A stretch of 64,000 bases of DNA, taken from positions 62,001-126,000 of the IMG/VR virus record IMGVR_UViG_3300043411_000921. One strand, given 5' to 3'. The notes under the pieces are model-generated. The model saw only the letters and a program-made list of their open reading frames with translations. It did no database searches and was not told where the DNA came from. Positions 9,079 through 19,313 of the stretch are shown here, piece by piece; the stretch's first letter is position 1, and every line of letters starts with the position of its first letter. A program made the position numbers and the translations under genes.

Positions 9079-10059
9079 ATGAGCACTTTACCAAAAAAAC
9101 CAAGATCAACAACCTCAGATTCCCCTCCCAACTTCACAAAGAAGCATCTCAAAATCATTCAGACAAGCACGGAAAACATTCGTACTTCTGATTCGATTGA
9201 TTCTCTCCTTGAAGGAACAACAAAGATTGAACCTGTTGGATTGGACTTCTCTGCTCCAACCAACATGGATTATCTTTCAATCCGTGGCAACATCTCTTTC
9301 TCCGAGCTTTCTACCTGGAGAACGTGTGCTTTTCGTCACAAGCTGAAATACCTGGACAAGATCAATGGTGGAGCACTTGATGGTCCATCTGAACACACAG
9401 AGTTTGGTCATGTGATTCACACGGCCCTCGAAGTGTTTCTGGAAACTCGAAAGATGCCATCCTATGATGATGTCAAGGTCGGCCTTTCCTACGCATTCAG
9501 CGAACTTCCAAACGTTGCTTCTCTGAAAGAAGAAGAATGGCATGGTGTCGTTGAACCAATCCTTTCGGAAGTCCCAGCGTTTATGGACGAAATGTTTGGA
9601 AAAGACTGGAAGTATGTTGCCAGTGAATATCCATTGATGGAGCCAATTGAAGGACACAATCATCTCTTCAAAGGTTTCATTGACGGCGTGATCACTGCAA
9701 TGAACAAAAGAGGTGAGGAAATCACCTATTTGGTAGACTGGAAAACGGCCAGTTATTCTTGGCCTGTTTCCAAGAAAACAGATCCAAACAAGACAATGCA
9801 GTTGGTTCTTTACAAACACTTCTACTCCCAGAAAACGGGTATTCCTCTGGATAAAATCCGTTGTGCCTTTGTTGTTCTCCGCAGGTCTAAAAAACCTGGG
9901 AACTGTGAGTATGTTTCAGTATCTGTTGGACCCAAGGCACTCAGCAACGCTCTGGAATCCGTTGACTCGATGTTGGGTCATGTGAAAAGGAAGATTTTCC
10001 CCAAAAACAGGCAAAACTGTCGGTTCTGCCCCTATGCCAACACTCCTCATTGCCCTTGA
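9079..10059 (+). CDS. PD-(D/E)XK exonuclease, Cas4/AddB-like with Fe-S cysteines
   Basis: ISFSELSTWRTC, FGHVIH, GFIDGV, VDWKT, QLVLY, CRFCPYANTPHC. Confidence 0.85.
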   Translation: MSTLPKKPRSTTSDSPPNFTKKHLKIIQTSTENIRTSDSIDSLLEGTTKIEPVGLDFSAPTNMDYLSIRGNISFSELSTWRTCAFRHKLKYLDKINGGALDGPSEHTEFGHVIHTALEVFLETRKMPSYDDVKVGLSYAFSELPNVASLKEEEWHGVVEPILSEVPAFMDEMFGKDWKYVASEYPLMEPIEGHNHLFKGFIDGVITAMNKRGEEITYLVDWKTASYSWPVSKKTDPNKTMQLVLYKHFYSQKTGIPLDKIRCAFVVLRRSKKPGNCEYVSVSVGPKALSNALESVDSMLGHVKRKIFPKNRQNCRFCPYANTPHCP

Positions 10060-10076
10060 AAGAAAAAACACAAGAC

Positions 10077-10841
10077 ATGGAAACAGAATTTCTTGACGAA
10101 TTGATCCCACTTCTTCCAGAAGAACCTATCATCATTTATCAGTCACCTCTTGGTCACAGAGAGAAGAGAGATTATTCAGGAAGCAAAAAGGAGCTTGTGA
10201 TTCTCCTATCGGATGAATCACATCAGCCTGTTGATTTCAAAAACTGTTTGGTGTTTAGGAATTACATTCCCTCAAAACCAGCAGCCAACGAAAGACCAAT
10301 TCCTCTTCCATTTGCCTCTGGATTCAAGAGTGATTTAACGGAGCACTTGTCATTCAATGACAGGAAATACATGATGGCCTTTGCTGGTTTTGTGGGCGAT
10401 ATGCGGAGGCAACAAGCTGTCAATGCCATGTCCACCATTGGGAAGCAATTAAATCGTGTCTATATTCGTCCTAGTGAGGGTTTCTCAAAAGGATTGACGC
10501 GACAGGAATATAGTGAAGTGATGTGCAATACCATGTTGGCAATCTGTCCACCTGGAGGAAGTCACGAATCATTCAGGATGACAGAGGCTTTGAAAGCTGG
10601 ATGTATTCCTGTGTTGTTGAACAAAAAAGATCGTCAGTGGTATGACCCGGACTTCAAGACAGCTTTTTGGTTGCAATCGTGGGATGAACTTCCAGGGCTT
10701 GCTTCCTGGGTCATTAATACCGATCCAATGATTTTGAAGGAACGCTCCAAGGCTTGTAGAGAATTTTACAAGACTCATCTTTCACCAGAAGCAGTCGCAG
10801 GATATATCACAAGAGAATGGTACAAGGATCAAACCAAATGA
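10077..10841 (+). CDS. Exostosin-like (GT47) glycosyltransferase
   Basis: YSEVMCNTMLAICPPGGSHESFRMTEALKAGCIPVLL. Confidence 0.7.
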   Translation: METEFLDELIPLLPEEPIIIYQSPLGHREKRDYSGSKKELVILLSDESHQPVDFKNCLVFRNYIPSKPAANERPIPLPFASGFKSDLTEHLSFNDRKYMMAFAGFVGDMRRQQAVNAMSTIGKQLNRVYIRPSEGFSKGLTRQEYSEVMCNTMLAICPPGGSHESFRMTEALKAGCIPVLLNKKDRQWYDPDFKTAFWLQSWDELPGLASWVINTDPMILKERSKACREFYKTHLSPEAVAGYITREWYKDQTK

Positions 10842-11800
10842 AAAAAAACAGAGCGGCGATTGTCACAGGTGGAGCAGGCTTCATTGGAAGCAATCTCGTC
10901 GATACCCTCATTGCCAAAGACTTTCAAGTTATCTGCATCGACAATGAATCAGCAGAAAGCAATTCACAGTTTTACTGGAATCCAGCAGCACACAACATCA
11001 AAGGAAATGTCTGTCACCAAGACAGCATTCTTTCAGATGTTCGTTGGATTGCCAATGAACACAACTTGAATATTGAGACGGTTTATCACCTTGCAGCAGA
11101 AGCAAGGATCCAGCCTTCCTTCAAGAAAAAGGATCTGGTGTTCAGAACCAATGTGATGGGAACGGTTTCGATGTTGGAAGTGGCAAGGGAGTTGAAGGCA
11201 AGCAGGTTTGTTTATTCTTCCACTTCTTCGGCATACGGGAACGCTTCTATTCCTTTCGATCAATACACTCCAACGAAGTGTTCCACGCCTTATGCGGCTG
11301 GGAAGGTGGGTGGTGAGCTTGCTTGCTTTGCTTATGATACAACAGGTGCAGAAGATGAACTCCAAACGACTGTGTTGAGGTACTTCAACGTTTATGGACC
11401 AAGACAGCCAATCAAAGGGCAATATGCCCCAGTGGTTGGGTTGTTCTTGCGCCAAAAAGCAGAAGGAAAACCTCTGACGGTTGTTGGTGATGGAAAGCAA
11501 ACCAGGGATTTTACCCACGTCGATGACATTGTTGCTGGAACAATTGCCGCTGGTGATGTTTCCAACTTTATTCCAGAGAGCATTAGGAAGAATCCAATCA
11601 ACCTTGGGACAATGGAGAGATATAGCATCCTCTATCTGGCAGAAATGATCGGTGGAGAAATCGTTCATGTGCCCGAGAGAAGGAATGAAGCTCGGCATAC
11701 CCAAGCTGACATTTCTGTCGCCCATGTTTGGTTGAACTATCAACCAACTGTTAAACTAACCGATTGGATCAAAGAGGAATTGAAGAAGGTGAAGAAATGA
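10838..11800 (+). CDS. NAD-dependent nucleotide-sugar epimerase/dehydratase (extended SDR)
   Basis: VTGGAGFIGS, HLAA, YSSTSSAYG, YAAGK, LRYFNVYGP, RDFTHVDD. Confidence 0.9.
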   Translation: MKKNRAAIVTGGAGFIGSNLVDTLIAKDFQVICIDNESAESNSQFYWNPAAHNIKGNVCHQDSILSDVRWIANEHNLNIETVYHLAAEARIQPSFKKKDLVFRTNVMGTVSMLEVARELKASRFVYSSTSSAYGNASIPFDQYTPTKCSTPYAAGKVGGELACFAYDTTGAEDELQTTVLRYFNVYGPRQPIKGQYAPVVGLFLRQKAEGKPLTVVGDGKQTRDFTHVDDIVAGTIAAGDVSNFIPESIRKNPINLGTMERYSILYLAEMIGGEIVHVPERRNEARHTQADISVAHVWLNYQPTVKLTDWIKEELKKVKK

Positions 11801-12519
11801 CAATGACTGTTTTGGTAAAGTTTCCGACAAGAGGAAGGCCGGACAGGTTTTTCCCTGTGTTGGACAGGTATTACTACGGATCCAAGAAAAAGAATGCAAC
11901 CAAGTTTCTTGTGTCGTGTGACCTGGATGATCCCAGCATGAACAATGATACTGTAAGACAGAAGTTCTCTCAGTATCAGAATCTTGAAGTGTGCTATGGT
12001 AACTCCAAAACCAAAATTGAAGCTGTGAATGCTGACATGGATAAAGCTGGGGAATACGATATTCTCCTGCTCGCCTCAGATGACATGATCCCAGAGGAAA
12101 GAGGATACGATGAGATCATCAGAGGAAAGATGGAGGAGTTGTATCCAGACACCGATGGTGTTCTTTGGTTTTTTGATGGGTACCGAAAAGACTTCAACAC
12201 TCTCTGTATTCTCGGAAGGAAATATTACGAGCGGTTTGGGTACATCTATCATCCAGATTACAAGTCCTTCTGGTCTGACAACGAGTTTACCGAGGTTGCG
12301 AACTCTCTTGGCAAGCAGACTTTCATTGACAAGGTAATCATTAGACACGTTCACCCCGACTGGATTCAAAGAGATCCAGCAACGAAAACGCTGTTCCAAC
12401 AGATTCATCCAACCACAACGAATATCGGGCTTGATGAAACCTTCATGAAGAATCTGCCCTACGAAAGACAGGATGCTGCTGTGTATCTCCAGAGAAAGGC
12501 AGCAGGGTTTCCTAGATGA
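11797..12519 (+). CDS. GT-A (GT2-like) glycosyltransferase
   Basis: VKFPTRGRP, ASDD, YHPDYKSFWSDNEFT, IRHVH. Confidence 0.75.
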   Translation: MTMTVLVKFPTRGRPDRFFPVLDRYYYGSKKKNATKFLVSCDLDDPSMNNDTVRQKFSQYQNLEVCYGNSKTKIEAVNADMDKAGEYDILLLASDDMIPEERGYDEIIRGKMEELYPDTDGVLWFFDGYRKDFNTLCILGRKYYERFGYIYHPDYKSFWSDNEFTEVANSLGKQTFIDKVIIRHVHPDWIQRDPATKTLFQQIHPTTTNIGLDETFMKNLPYERQDAAVYLQRKAAGFPR

Positions 12520-13169
12520 AAAAGATCATCTCGTTCTGTCTCTGGGGAAATGATCCAAAGTACACGATTGGAGCTTTGAGAAACGCAGAGCTTGCCAAGA
12601 CAGTTTATCCTGGGTGGACTCCAAGGTTTTACGTTGGTTCTTCCACTTCCCCAGCCGTAACAAAACAACTTCTTCGTGCAGGCGCAGAGGTTGTCAACAT
12701 GACCGAACCTGGAGATTGGAGAGGAATGTTCTGGAGGTTTTATCCTGCTGGGGAGCCTGATGTCGAAGTAATGTTGTCCAGAGACACAGACTCAAGACTT
12801 TCCATGAGAGAAAGGGCTGCCGTTGATGAATGGCTCTCAGACCCAGAGAAAGTGTTCCATATCATGAGAGATCATCCAGCACACAAAACAGAAATTCTTG
12901 GTGGGATGTGGGGTGCAAGAGGAGGATTCCTTTCAGAGATGAAACAGTTGATCGACGAATATCCAGCAGGAGACTTCTGGCAGGTTGATCAAAACTTCCT
13001 CAGAGAGAAGATTTATCCACTCGTCAAACATCGTGCAAAAGTTCATGATCCCTTCTTTGAGAACAAACCTTTCCCAACACCAAGAATTGGAACAGAGTTT
13101 GTTGGTGACGTGTTTGATTCGACCGATGTAAGACACCCAGAATATTGGAAAGCAATTCCCCAACAATGA
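12516..13169 (+). CDS. Putative GT-A glycosyltransferase-like protein
   Basis: IISFCLWG, MFWRF, SRDTDSR (DxD), MRDHPAH, ILGGMWG; sits inside the glycan cluster. Confidence 0.6.
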   Translation: MKKIISFCLWGNDPKYTIGALRNAELAKTVYPGWTPRFYVGSSTSPAVTKQLLRAGAEVVNMTEPGDWRGMFWRFYPAGEPDVEVMLSRDTDSRLSMRERAAVDEWLSDPEKVFHIMRDHPAHKTEILGGMWGARGGFLSEMKQLIDEYPAGDFWQVDQNFLREKIYPLVKHRAKVHDPFFENKPFPTPRIGTEFVGDVFDSTDVRHPEYWKAIPQQ

Positions 13170-14044
13170 AAATCCTCATGATTCAAGAGCGTGGCAGGCA
13201 CGAAGCAAACAGAGAGTTTCGTGAAAGTGAAAACTTCCGACGTTCCTTCGAGCGAATTGGTGTTGAGTCTGAGGTCTGGGGAATCAACCAACCAACCTTT
13301 TCAATCCCATTCCATGAAATGATCAAGGACTATGATGTGATCTTTGCGATGGAGAACTACGACGAATCTGGTTGGCTCCCAGACCTTTCTCAAATCACAA
13401 ACAAATTCAAGGTGTTCTGGAGTATTGACTCTCACCTCGCTTTGGGTCAGCACGTTTTCTTTTCCAAGCGAGCCAAGTTTGACTTGCATCTCAACAGCAC
13501 GGAAGGATACCTCAAACACTTCCTCCGTCATTCTCCGACTTGTCTCTGGTTTCCCAATGCTTATCCCGATGATCTGATTGATCATATTCCACATGCCTCT
13601 AAATCGCACGACGTTGGCTTTTGCGGGTCACTGATTGGTGGAAGGGGTCAGTGGTTGGAAAATATTTCCTCTGCCTCTAATAAGGCGATTAGACGGGATG
13701 CTGGGGTTCTGGGAAGAGGGATGGTGGAAGCCATCAACTCCTACAAGGTTGCCTTGAACCAAAGTCTTCTGGATGACATCAACTACCGAGTGTTTGAAAC
13801 TCTTGGAGCAAAAACATGTTTGCTCACCAACACCGTTCCTGGGTTGGATAAGCTTTTCATCCCAGGCAAACACTTGATGACTTACAGTAATCAGCAAGAG
13901 CTTGTTGAAAAACTGCATTATCTTCTGGGGAAGCCAGAAGTTGTTGAAGAAGTTGCTGCTGCTGGGTATGATCACGTTAGAGCAAATCACACTTATGATG
14001 TGAGAGCCAAACAACTGATGGAGATTTTGAAGGAGAAGGTATGA
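13166..14044 (+). CDS. GT-B glycosyltransferase, CgeB/Glyco_trans_1_2-like
   Basis: YKVALN...NYRVFETLG...ELVEKLHYLL...GYDHVRANHTYDVRA. Confidence 0.8.
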   Translation: MKILMIQERGRHEANREFRESENFRRSFERIGVESEVWGINQPTFSIPFHEMIKDYDVIFAMENYDESGWLPDLSQITNKFKVFWSIDSHLALGQHVFFSKRAKFDLHLNSTEGYLKHFLRHSPTCLWFPNAYPDDLIDHIPHASKSHDVGFCGSLIGGRGQWLENISSASNKAIRRDAGVLGRGMVEAINSYKVALNQSLLDDINYRVFETLGAKTCLLTNTVPGLDKLFIPGKHLMTYSNQQELVEKLHYLLGKPEVVEEVAAAGYDHVRANHTYDVRAKQLMEILKEKV

Positions 14045-14862
14045 AGATTTTGAAACCAGTGGTAGGTGGACACGATGGAAGTTCTTTCAGAGAACTTCTT
14101 GATATTTGGGAAGAAATGGGGCTGTGTGAGGTTGTTCCAGGACCAACGCCAACACAAACATATCCAGGGTTGGATCATATTTCACAATATCCAGAGTCAA
14201 GACCTTGGGTTGATCGGGTTGGAGGAATCCTTCTCTATGACAACCCAATCCTCGACAAACTATCTCAGCACTTGACTTGGGAAATGGCTTTGTGGGCCAA
14301 TCAAGTTCACAAGGGAGAAAATTGTTTTCCTTGGACCTTCTGGGCAAAGCATCCAAAGGTCATGGAAAAGATCAGGAAAGAAGGTATCCCGGATTATTCC
14401 GGTCGTGCCTTTGAAAGCATTTTCATTGGAACATTCACAACAGGACTTCGTGGCGGACATGATTGGTCAAAAGCCATTCAGAAATACTGGATGGGGCAGC
14501 ATAGCCAACGAATTGTATCCAATGACCAGTATCTCAATTTGTTGAAAAACAGCAAGTTTGGCTTGTGTCTCCCTGGTGTTGGACCAAAGTGTTTGAGAGA
14601 TATTGAGTTGATTGGAATGGGAACAGTTCCAGTGTTTACCCCTGGAGTTTCTACTGATTACTACAACCCTCCACAAAAGAACGTTCACTACCTCTACGCC
14701 GAATCCCCTGAAGAAGTGCGAGAAGTTATTTCCAAATGTTCTCCTGCTCAATGGACAGAGATGAGTGAAGCTTGTCTGGAATGGTATGAAGCTAACTGCT
14801 CTCCTCAAGGTTCCTTCAACCTCACCCAAAAAATCATTGAAGACAACAGGAGGAAGAAGTGA
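14041..14862 (+). CDS. Putative GT-B glycosyltransferase (GT47/CgeB-like C-terminus)
   Basis: YLNLLKNSKFGLCLPGVGPKCLRDIELIGMGTVPV. Confidence 0.6.
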   Translation: MKILKPVVGGHDGSSFRELLDIWEEMGLCEVVPGPTPTQTYPGLDHISQYPESRPWVDRVGGILLYDNPILDKLSQHLTWEMALWANQVHKGENCFPWTFWAKHPKVMEKIRKEGIPDYSGRAFESIFIGTFTTGLRGGHDWSKAIQKYWMGQHSQRIVSNDQYLNLLKNSKFGLCLPGVGPKCLRDIELIGMGTVPVFTPGVSTDYYNPPQKNVHYLYAESPEEVREVISKCSPAQWTEMSEACLEWYEANCSPQGSFNLTQKIIEDNRRKK

Positions 14863-15644
14863 GCAAGAGCGACAACCTTGTTTTTATTCCTCACATGGGG
14901 CTTGGTGACGTTATTCTGGTAAATGGTTTGCTGCGTTATCTTGCCAAATCTTACAAAACCGTAGTGATGCCATGCAAGGAGAACAACCTTCTCACCGTAA
15001 GACGAATGTTTGAGGATATGGAGAATCTGTTCCTCCTTCCAGTTGTTGGTGGTTTGAAATACACTTCTGCACAAGAAGATGTCAAGCAAGCTCAAATGCT
15101 GGGGAAGACCTACAAACTCTATGGATATGATCACATCGGGCTTGGTTTTTTTGGAAATAGGTTCCGTGAGTTCGAACAAACCATTCACAACAAAACAATG
15201 ACTTATGAGGAATTCTTCTATCTGGAGGCTGGGGTTCCTTTTGAAGAGAAGTGGAATTCATTCAAACTAAACAGGAACCCGTGGAGGGAATTAGATTTGT
15301 TTGATAGGTTTGGCGTGTCTCCTGGGGAATATGTTTTTTTGCATGATGACCCGGATAGAGGAAGAGTTATTGACAGAAGCATTTTTCCTCCTGGGTTGCC
15401 TGTGATCACTCCGAAGGAGATGTTCTATCGTGGAGACATTCTGGATTACGGGTATGTCATGGAGAACGCCAAAGAACTTCACATGACAAACAGCTCATTT
15501 GCTGACTTGGCTGATTTCTTCAACCTCCCAGCAGACCAGAAGAAGTGCATTCACCTCTACGCTTTGACAGAAGGACACTTTCATTGTCCTGTAAAATACA
15601 AGCATAACTTCCAGACGATTTACAACTCTCCGTCCAATCCTTAG
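14859..15644 (+). CDS. Putative glycosyltransferase (GT9-like N-terminal motif)
   Basis: HMGLGDVILVNGLLRYL and AKELHMTNSSF; cluster context. Confidence 0.5.
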   Translation: MSKSDNLVFIPHMGLGDVILVNGLLRYLAKSYKTVVMPCKENNLLTVRRMFEDMENLFLLPVVGGLKYTSAQEDVKQAQMLGKTYKLYGYDHIGLGFFGNRFREFEQTIHNKTMTYEEFFYLEAGVPFEEKWNSFKLNRNPWRELDLFDRFGVSPGEYVFLHDDPDRGRVIDRSIFPPGLPVITPKEMFYRGDILDYGYVMENAKELHMTNSSFADLADFFNLPADQKKCIHLYALTEGHFHCPVKYKHNFQTIYNSPSNP

Positions 15645-15667
15645 ACGCGCTCGCAACATTATCGGGC

Positions 15668-16069
15668 ATGACTGAAATTCTCATTCCCGTCTCCGCTGGT
15701 GAGCTTTTTGACAAAATCACCATCCTCAAAATCAAACTCCAAAAGATTCAAGACCAAGCCAAACTCAGGAATGTTCATTCGGAACTCTTGAAGCTGGAGA
15801 AGGTTGTTTCGGATAATGGACTTTCCATCCCAACAGAGCTTTTTGATAGGCTAATGGGAGTCAACAACCGTCTGTGGGAAACCGAAGACCTTATTCGTGA
15901 AAAAGAGTCCAAAGGTCTTTATGATGATGACTTCATCAGGTTTGCTCTGCTTGATGCACAACTCAACGATTTGAGATTTGTTGTCAAGCGAGAGATCAAC
16001 AACCTGTTTGATTCTTCTGTAAAGGAAGAGAAGTCATACAGTGAAGAAGTTCTCAACAGAAAGAAGTGA
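15668..16069 (+). CDS. DUF6165-like protein
   Basis: IPVSAGELFDKITILKIK...VNNRLWETED...NDLRFVVKREIN. Confidence 0.7.
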   Translation: MTEILIPVSAGELFDKITILKIKLQKIQDQAKLRNVHSELLKLEKVVSDNGLSIPTELFDRLMGVNNRLWETEDLIREKESKGLYDDDFIRFALLDAQLNDLRFVVKREINNLFDSSVKEEKSYSEEVLNRKK

Positions 16070-17204
16070 GCTTGTGGCAACACCAATCATTCAAATTGAA
16101 CCTTGGATTGATGAGATTGAGGAAGGTCTCCTAGTTGATTCAATTCGTACGAAGTATGTCACAGAGCACGAATTTACCAGCCGCTTTGAAAGACAAATAG
16201 AAAACCTTACAGGTGCCAAACACGCTGTTGCTATGACAAATGGAACAGCAGCCCTGTTTTGTGCCTTCAAAGCCTTGGGACTCCAGCCGGGAGATGAGGT
16301 CATCGTTCCCAATATCACCTTTGTTGCAACAGCCAACGCGGCGATTATGGCGGGCTTGAAACCCGTCTTGTGTGAGATAGAACAAGACTACTTCTGCATT
16401 GACACAGAAAAAGCTTCTGGGCTTATTACGGAGCGAACCAAGGCCATCGTCCCTGTTCACCTCTATGGCCAAAGCGCCAACATGGGCAAGGTGATGGCAT
16501 TTGCCAAAAAACACAACCTCTTTGTTGTTGAAGATGCTGCTCAGGGCGTTGGAGTGATGCACAAAGGCCAGCACGTTGGAACGATTGGAGACATTGGAAT
16601 TCTCTCCTTCTATGGAAATAAGACAATCACTTGTGGGGAAGGTGGAGTTGTCATCACCAACAGCAAAGAACTCAGAGACGCTTGCTACCGTCTGAAAAAC
16701 CACGGCAGAGACAAAAAGGGAATATTCATTCACCAAGAGATTGGTTTTAACTTCGCTTTCACCGAGATGCAAGCCGCAGTCGGCTTGGCTCAAATGACAA
16801 AACTGAACAATGTCATCAATCAAAAGCGAAAAATTCACGAGAAGTATGTCCGTGAATTGGCTGGGATACCGGGGTTCCAGTTTTGCAAGATCAACCACGA
16901 AGTTACAACTCATCCAGTTTTTTGGTTCACTTCTGCGCTGGCTGAGAAAAGACAGGAGTTGCAGGATTTTCTCTCCGAAAGAGGGATTGGAAGCAGGTTG
17001 TTTTTCTATCCCATGCACCAACAACCATGTTATGCTGGAATGAAGAGGGAGATGGGGATTCGAGAGGATGACCCAGGACAGTTTCATTACAGTGAGTTTG
17101 TGTACTCCAGGGGAATATCCTTGCCATCCTCTTACAACCTGACAGACGAGCAGCAAGACAGAATTATCGGGGCTGTAAAAGCCTTCTACGAGGGAAACAA
17201 ATGA
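16041..17204 (+). CDS. DegT/DnrJ PLP sugar aminotransferase, perosamine-synthase-like
   Basis: TNGTAAL, PVHLYGQ, VEDAAQ, SFYGNKTITCGEGG (Schiff-base Lys); exact start uncertain. Confidence 0.85.
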   Translation: MKKFSTERSELVATPIIQIEPWIDEIEEGLLVDSIRTKYVTEHEFTSRFERQIENLTGAKHAVAMTNGTAALFCAFKALGLQPGDEVIVPNITFVATANAAIMAGLKPVLCEIEQDYFCIDTEKASGLITERTKAIVPVHLYGQSANMGKVMAFAKKHNLFVVEDAAQGVGVMHKGQHVGTIGDIGILSFYGNKTITCGEGGVVITNSKELRDACYRLKNHGRDKKGIFIHQEIGFNFAFTEMQAAVGLAQMTKLNNVINQKRKIHEKYVRELAGIPGFQFCKINHEVTTHPVFWFTSALAEKRQELQDFLSERGIGSRLFFYPMHQQPCYAGMKREMGIREDDPGQFHYSEFVYSRGISLPSSYNLTDEQQDRIIGAVKAFYEGNK

Positions 17205-18355
17205 TCGAGCTTGTGAAAGATACCATCGACAAGAAAGACATCAACCAACTCATCAAGTGGTTGAAAACATATCCAAGACTCACCAAGGGTGAATTGACAA
17301 CCAAATTTGAGGAGAAGTGGTCGAAAATGCTGGGAGTTGAACACAGTGTTTTTGTGAACTCTGGTTCGTCTGCAATTCTCATGATGCTCCAAGCTCTTTT
17401 GGAATCTGGAAGAGTTCAACGAGGAAGTAAGGTCGTTGTCCCAGCTTTATCCTGGGCAACTGACTTTTCTTCTCCTGTTCAACTTGGCTTTGAACCAATT
17501 GTTTGTGATTGCAACCTGGAGGATCTCTCTGTTGACTTGAATCAGTTGAAAGAAATCTTTGAAGTTGAAAAGCCCGCAGCCTTGATTCTTGTTTCTGTTC
17601 TGGGATTGGTTCCAGACATGGACGCTGTTGTCCAACTCTGTCAAGAACACAATGTTATTCTGCTGGAAGATGTGTGTGAGTCTTTGGGCTCAACCTACAA
17701 AGGCAGGCAACTCGGAACCTTCGGTGCCATGAGCATCTTTTCCACTTACTTCGGTCATCACATCAGCACGATTGAAGGCGGAATGGTTTGCACCAATGAC
17801 CCAGAACTTAACATGGTTTTGAAAGCAATCAGAAACCACGGGTGGGATAGAGACCTCACAACAGAACAAAAAACAGAACTCAGGACCGCGTTCGGCGTTG
17901 ATGACTTCAGTGCTCTCTACACGTTTTACTTCCTTGGGTTCAACTTCCGTTCAACCGATCTCCAGGCGTTCCTTGGAATGGGACAACTAGACAAGCTTCC
18001 TTCGATTGTAAAGAAGCGCAACAAAAACTTCTTGCAGTATAAGAAGGAGATTTACAATCTCTGGTCTCCGCAAAGCTCTGAGGGTGGGTTTGTTTCCAAC
18101 TTTGCCTATCCAGTGCTTCTCCAGAACAAGGAAGAGGCATTGGTGAGATTAAACGCTGCTGGGGTTCAAGTGCGTCCTTTGATTTGTGGGAGTATGACTT
18201 CCCAGCCGTTCTACACGAAGAACTTTCCAACACCAAAATATGACACGCCAAATGCAAGGCTTGTTGACAAGCACGGCTTCTACCTTCCAAATCATCCAAA
18301 GCTGACACGAAAAGAAATTTCTGTTGTGTGTGCAGCTATCAAAGACCTCTGGTAA
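17201..18355 (+). CDS. ColD/E1-like PLP-dependent 3-dehydratase
   Basis: VNSGSSA, LEDVCESLG, STYFGHHISTIEGG (His in place of Lys), RNHGWDR, GFNFRSTDLQA. Confidence 0.8.
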   Translation: MIELVKDTIDKKDINQLIKWLKTYPRLTKGELTTKFEEKWSKMLGVEHSVFVNSGSSAILMMLQALLESGRVQRGSKVVVPALSWATDFSSPVQLGFEPIVCDCNLEDLSVDLNQLKEIFEVEKPAALILVSVLGLVPDMDAVVQLCQEHNVILLEDVCESLGSTYKGRQLGTFGAMSIFSTYFGHHISTIEGGMVCTNDPELNMVLKAIRNHGWDRDLTTEQKTELRTAFGVDDFSALYTFYFLGFNFRSTDLQAFLGMGQLDKLPSIVKKRNKNFLQYKKEIYNLWSPQSSEGGFVSNFAYPVLLQNKEEALVRLNAAGVQVRPLICGSMTSQPFYTKNFPTPKYDTPNARLVDKHGFYLPNHPKLTRKEISVVCAAIKDLW

Positions 18356-18360
18356 ACCAA

Positions 18361-19269
18361 ATGGCAATCAACATTTCACTGGAAACTCATAGACCTCTCT
18401 ATGAGGACTTCTACGCTTGCCTTGATTTTCTTCATGGTGTGAAAGACGAGGATTACTCCTACCCAGACAGGATTGTCCCTTTTCACATTTACTCTGAGTT
18501 TAAGACCGACAAAGAGATCGTCAGCTTGATGTCTTACTTCGCCACACAAAACCTTGAGAAAACCAAGGTGATTGTTTGGTCTGACTATGACATCACCAAC
18601 GAACCAAGAGTTCAGAGGTTCAAACACTTGGTTGATTTCAGAGTTTGGAATGCTGAGAAGGAAGCGGTTGGAAGTCCGATTGAAGGAGACACGAGAATGT
18701 TTCGGGCTGCTGATCAGAAACATTATCTCCAGAGTGATCTTTTGAGACTGCTTGCTTTGTGGAAGTACGGAGGCGTCTGGATCGACATGGATATTATCCT
18801 CCTCAGAGATTTCAAACCTCTTTTGGATCAAGAATGGATGTATATGTGGGGAAGTGAAACAGACTTCAAAGCCCAAGGAGCCTGTGCCTCTGTTCTCAGT
18901 CTCCAGCCAAAGTCGTACCTTGCAACAGAGCTTCTTGTTGAAGCACAGAAGATGCCAATTGTTCCCAACTCTACATGCTGGGGCAAGGATATGTTTGCTC
19001 AACTTTACCGCAGATTACCTTTCCAGGTGATGCCAGCAACGTTTTTCAACATTGAATGGTGTATGAACAAGCGTATTCCCGGAGCTGGCGACGCTGCTGA
19101 GTCCGGTTGGTTCAAGAGCCTTCCCAGCAACCACAAACACTTGTTCCCAGAAACGTTTGCTTGGCATTGGCATAACAGCAGCAAGAAGGATTTGATTGTT
19201 GAGCCAGGATCCAAGTTTGATCTTTTGACCAAGTTGACAGAACAGAAACTGGTTGATCGAGGTCTTTGA
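18361..19269 (+). CDS. GT32-like glycosyltransferase (DXD sugar-binding)
   Basis: SDLLRLLALWKYGGVWIDMDIILL, FAWHWHN. Confidence 0.8.
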   Translation: MAINISLETHRPLYEDFYACLDFLHGVKDEDYSYPDRIVPFHIYSEFKTDKEIVSLMSYFATQNLEKTKVIVWSDYDITNEPRVQRFKHLVDFRVWNAEKEAVGSPIEGDTRMFRAADQKHYLQSDLLRLLALWKYGGVWIDMDIILLRDFKPLLDQEWMYMWGSETDFKAQGACASVLSLQPKSYLATELLVEAQKMPIVPNSTCWGKDMFAQLYRRLPFQVMPATFFNIEWCMNKRIPGAGDAAESGWFKSLPSNHKHLFPETFAWHWHNSSKKDLIVEPGSKFDLLTKLTEQKLVDRGL

Positions 19270-19313
19270 GAGTCAATACATAAACAACCCACAGAATCAA
19301 TCCTTGTGGGTAA

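Noticed and set aside
17041-17075. Possible fifth repeat copy (GAAGAGGGAGATGGGGATTCGAGAGGATGACCC) in the aminotransferase
   Set aside because: Only GAAGAGGGA matches; too short to separate from chance. Similar purine-rich tracts near 2425-2460 and 19360-19400 were also not counted.
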